From: the human T2T-CHM13v2.0 reference genome, Homo sapiens
NCBI RefSeq assembly: GCF_009914755.1
Contig: NC_060932.1
Length of the DNA stretch: 64,000 bases
Direction: 5' to 3' (one strand)
Position 1 is the first letter of the stretch, and each line of letters starts with the position of its first letter. The notes beneath the pieces were generated by a model. The model worked only from the letters and a program-made list of their open reading frames with translations. It was not told where the DNA came from and did no database searches. The position numbers were made by a program, and so were the translations under genes. Below are positions 61,149-64,000 of this stretch, piece by piece.

Positions 61149-61794
61149 TTAAAAACACTGTGAAGCTACTAAAGGCTTTTAAGCATGGGGGTAGAAGGAA
61201 GAGAGGTGAGAATTGTTAAACAATCACACTTGACTGAACTGGAGAACGGACAAAAAGAGTGTCCAAGAAAAGATGCAGAGAAAAGTGACTAGAAGGCAGT
61301 CCCAGCGACTCCAAGCTTTCCTAATAACATACCACTAACAGCAAAATCTTTCTTAGCATGCAACCATATTGCATTTTTATTTAATGATCATTTAAGTGCT
61401 CTGCTCCACTAATAGAGATATTATTATACACATACAAGGAAAAGGAAATTTTTAAATGTGAGATAAAGTATAGATATATGTAAAGTTCTGATCTCTATTT
61501 CCACACTTCAGTGGTTCTGCAGCCCACTTCACAGACCACTGACAAAGCCAGCTTTGGGAGATGGAACCTAGGATGTATAGGCAACAGGACTTGGTGAGGG
61601 CCACATGGAGCTGGGGCCAGATGCCACTCTCAGGGAAGACCTAGCTCATGCTGAGACACCCACACTAGGAAAAACCTCTTCAAAACTTGGCACCATGGCT
61701 GTGACGAAATTTCCCCCAGTTTGCCTACCAAAGACATCACAATGGTTGGGCAAAATTTTCTAGCACTCTATTTCACCAGGGGCAAACAGAAAAT

Positions 61795-62005
61795 GTTAAT
61801 GTGTGTATGTCAGTGTGTTCATGTGAGTGTGTGTGTGTGCCTGTGCATGTACATGTGAGTATGTGTGAGAACACAAGTGTGCACGTGAGCATGTACGTGC
61901 ATACACATGTGCATTTGTGTATATGTGTGCATGTGAATATATGTGTATCTTGAGTATGTGAGCATGTATCTATGTTTGCACATGAATGTGCATGTGTGTT
62001 TGCAC
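61795..62005. repeat. Degenerate alternating purine-pyrimidine (TG/CA/TA) tract
   Basis: gtgtgtatgtcagtgtgttcatgtgagtgtgtg...gtgcatgtgtgt. Confidence 0.85.
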
Positions 62006-62737
62006 TCACCAATCTGGGTGCTGGTTCATGAGTGGGAAGACCCACTGGTGTCACTCAAGGCTTTTGATAACAAAGAACATTTTTTTCTTCCCAGTAAAAA
62101 CAGAACCCAGCCCTCCAGAGGTGAGTCACACCCTCTCAACCTCTCTCCACCCCCTCGTTGTTTCCCCTATCTGATCTGCCCCTCCTTCTCTCTCCTTCAG
62201 AATGTTTTCTATGTGCAGTGTTTTCTCACCTTAGATTGCTCTCTCCTTCTTTCAGCCTTCTAATCATCTTGTCCATTCTTTCTGTTTCTCACTCATATTT
62301 GTCTCTTGTCATCACTCTCCTCTCCTCTCTCCTCTGTCTCTCTCCCCTTTCCCTCTCTTTTCTTTTCTCCTCTCCTCTCCCCCACCCTCATTCATCCTGT
62401 GGAGTCTGAAGCCGTCACACCACAGATTTTCCATGTGAGCAGAAAATGGAGACACACGAACAACACACCTCTTCACAGATTCCATGGATGGGCCACAGAG
62501 GTAATGGTAAGCTGCAGAACACCGAGTCCCCTTCTCACCACGCCTCCTCAACTGGGGCTGTGGGGCCTGCAGGTGGTTCCTCTGTCCCAGGTGCCTTTCC
62601 AGAAAGACACAAGGGGATAAGAGATTTTCTTCATTCATGGTTTTAAGGAAACCGATATCCATATGCAACAGAATGAAATAGGACCCTTCTGTTACACAAC
62701 AAAAAATCAACTCCAAATGGGCTTAAAACCTCAATAC

Positions 62738-63058
<321 letters not shown>

Positions 63059-63134
63059 TCATCGTAAAACTGTAAGAAACTACAGGGGGAGCTTACTTCC
63101 AGGACAACTTGAATCCAAGCTCACAGGGTGGAAA

Positions 63135-63135
63135 G

Positions 63136-63210
<75 letters not shown>

Positions 63211-63260
63211 CAGAGGAGAGGAGAGAGACAGAGGGGGGAGGGCAGAGAAGAGAAGAGAAA
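63135..63260. repeat. (GA)n polypurine microsatellite
   Basis: About 125 bp of near-pure purines. Confidence 0.95.
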
Positions 63261-64000
63261 GTAAAACAGGGTAAGATCTCATTTTAAAACTGGGCACCAA
63301 AATCATAAGCAACAAAATCAAAAATCGACGTGCAGGGGCTACAGTAAACTGAAAAGCTGCTGCACCGCAAAACCCATGAACTCCCTGCGTCAAGTGGGGG
63401 TGACGAGAGGGACAGGAGGGGACACGCGCTGCCGGGGGTGGAGAAAAGTGGCCCTTGTGCCCCAAAGGTGGGAACTCAGATAAAAAAATCAGCAAACCCT
63501 GGAGGTGACTAGGATCCTTTTTCTTCCGTCTGAGGCTTGGACCCAGCGCAGCCAAACTCCGACCCTGGCCTGGGCGGCTTCCCCTTCCTCCCAAGGCCGG
63601 AGCTTCCCTCTCTCTGTCTACACGGGGGAGTTTCCCTCAGAAAGAGTCCTAACGTCCTGAAGTATCACAGCCTCCTATGCTGCCACCCTCCAAAGCCCTC
63701 AGGGAATGAGAACTACTGTAAAATAAATACTAAAATGCTACCAGATTAAGATGAAAAGGAGAACCTAACAGGAAGAAACAGAACATTCTAGAAAACGAAA
63801 GCTTCTGTACTCACCATGAAGGAAAAAACGCCCGGGAGAAACCCGCAACACGAAGAAGCCACACCGAAGTTCCGTCTTCAGCAGTCAGCTACTGACAGGA
63901 GCTGTTTCTTCCCCAGGGCGCAGCCACAAGTCGTCCCGAACCTGCTGCAGTGCCGGAGAGTCCTCAGGGAACTGGAGCGCTACTTCTCCACAGTACAGAC

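Noticed and set aside
63121-63594. 157-aa and 104-aa ORFs with Leu/Ser or Glu/Arg runs
   Set aside because: Translations of the (GA)n microsatellite

Overview
Repeat-dense primate genomic DNA, almost certainly human given the AluYa5 and LTR5_Hs. It has no intact conventional gene and looks like pericentromeric segmental-duplication sequence; from memory the POTEA-like exons plus RPL10A and NDUFA5 retrocopies fit 8q11, which needs a BLAT check. Contents in order: (1) 1-17 kb, a minus-strand partial POTE(A)-like gene copy with four open, spliceable exons, an intronic U6 pseudogene and a POTE-type GC-rich promoter that appears fused to intron 5 by deletion of the N-terminal exons. (2) An SVA and a decayed class I ERV with pol and env remnants. 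(3) An ancient ~5-kb tandemly duplicated module built from old L1 fragments, with another paralogous copy at 62.6-64 kb. (4) A full-length L1PA5/6 that hosts an intact-ORF RPL10A retrocopy and a near-full-length L1PA2/3. (5) An NDUFA5 retrocopy interrupted by an AluYa5. (6) A solo LTR5_Hs inside an Alu, plus many Alus, L2s and MERs. I see no evidence of a wholly new biological system. The most interesting signals are structural and evolutionary: a truncated POTE transcription unit, nested insertions, reciprocal empty sites, a templated insertion and reuse of endonuclease sites.
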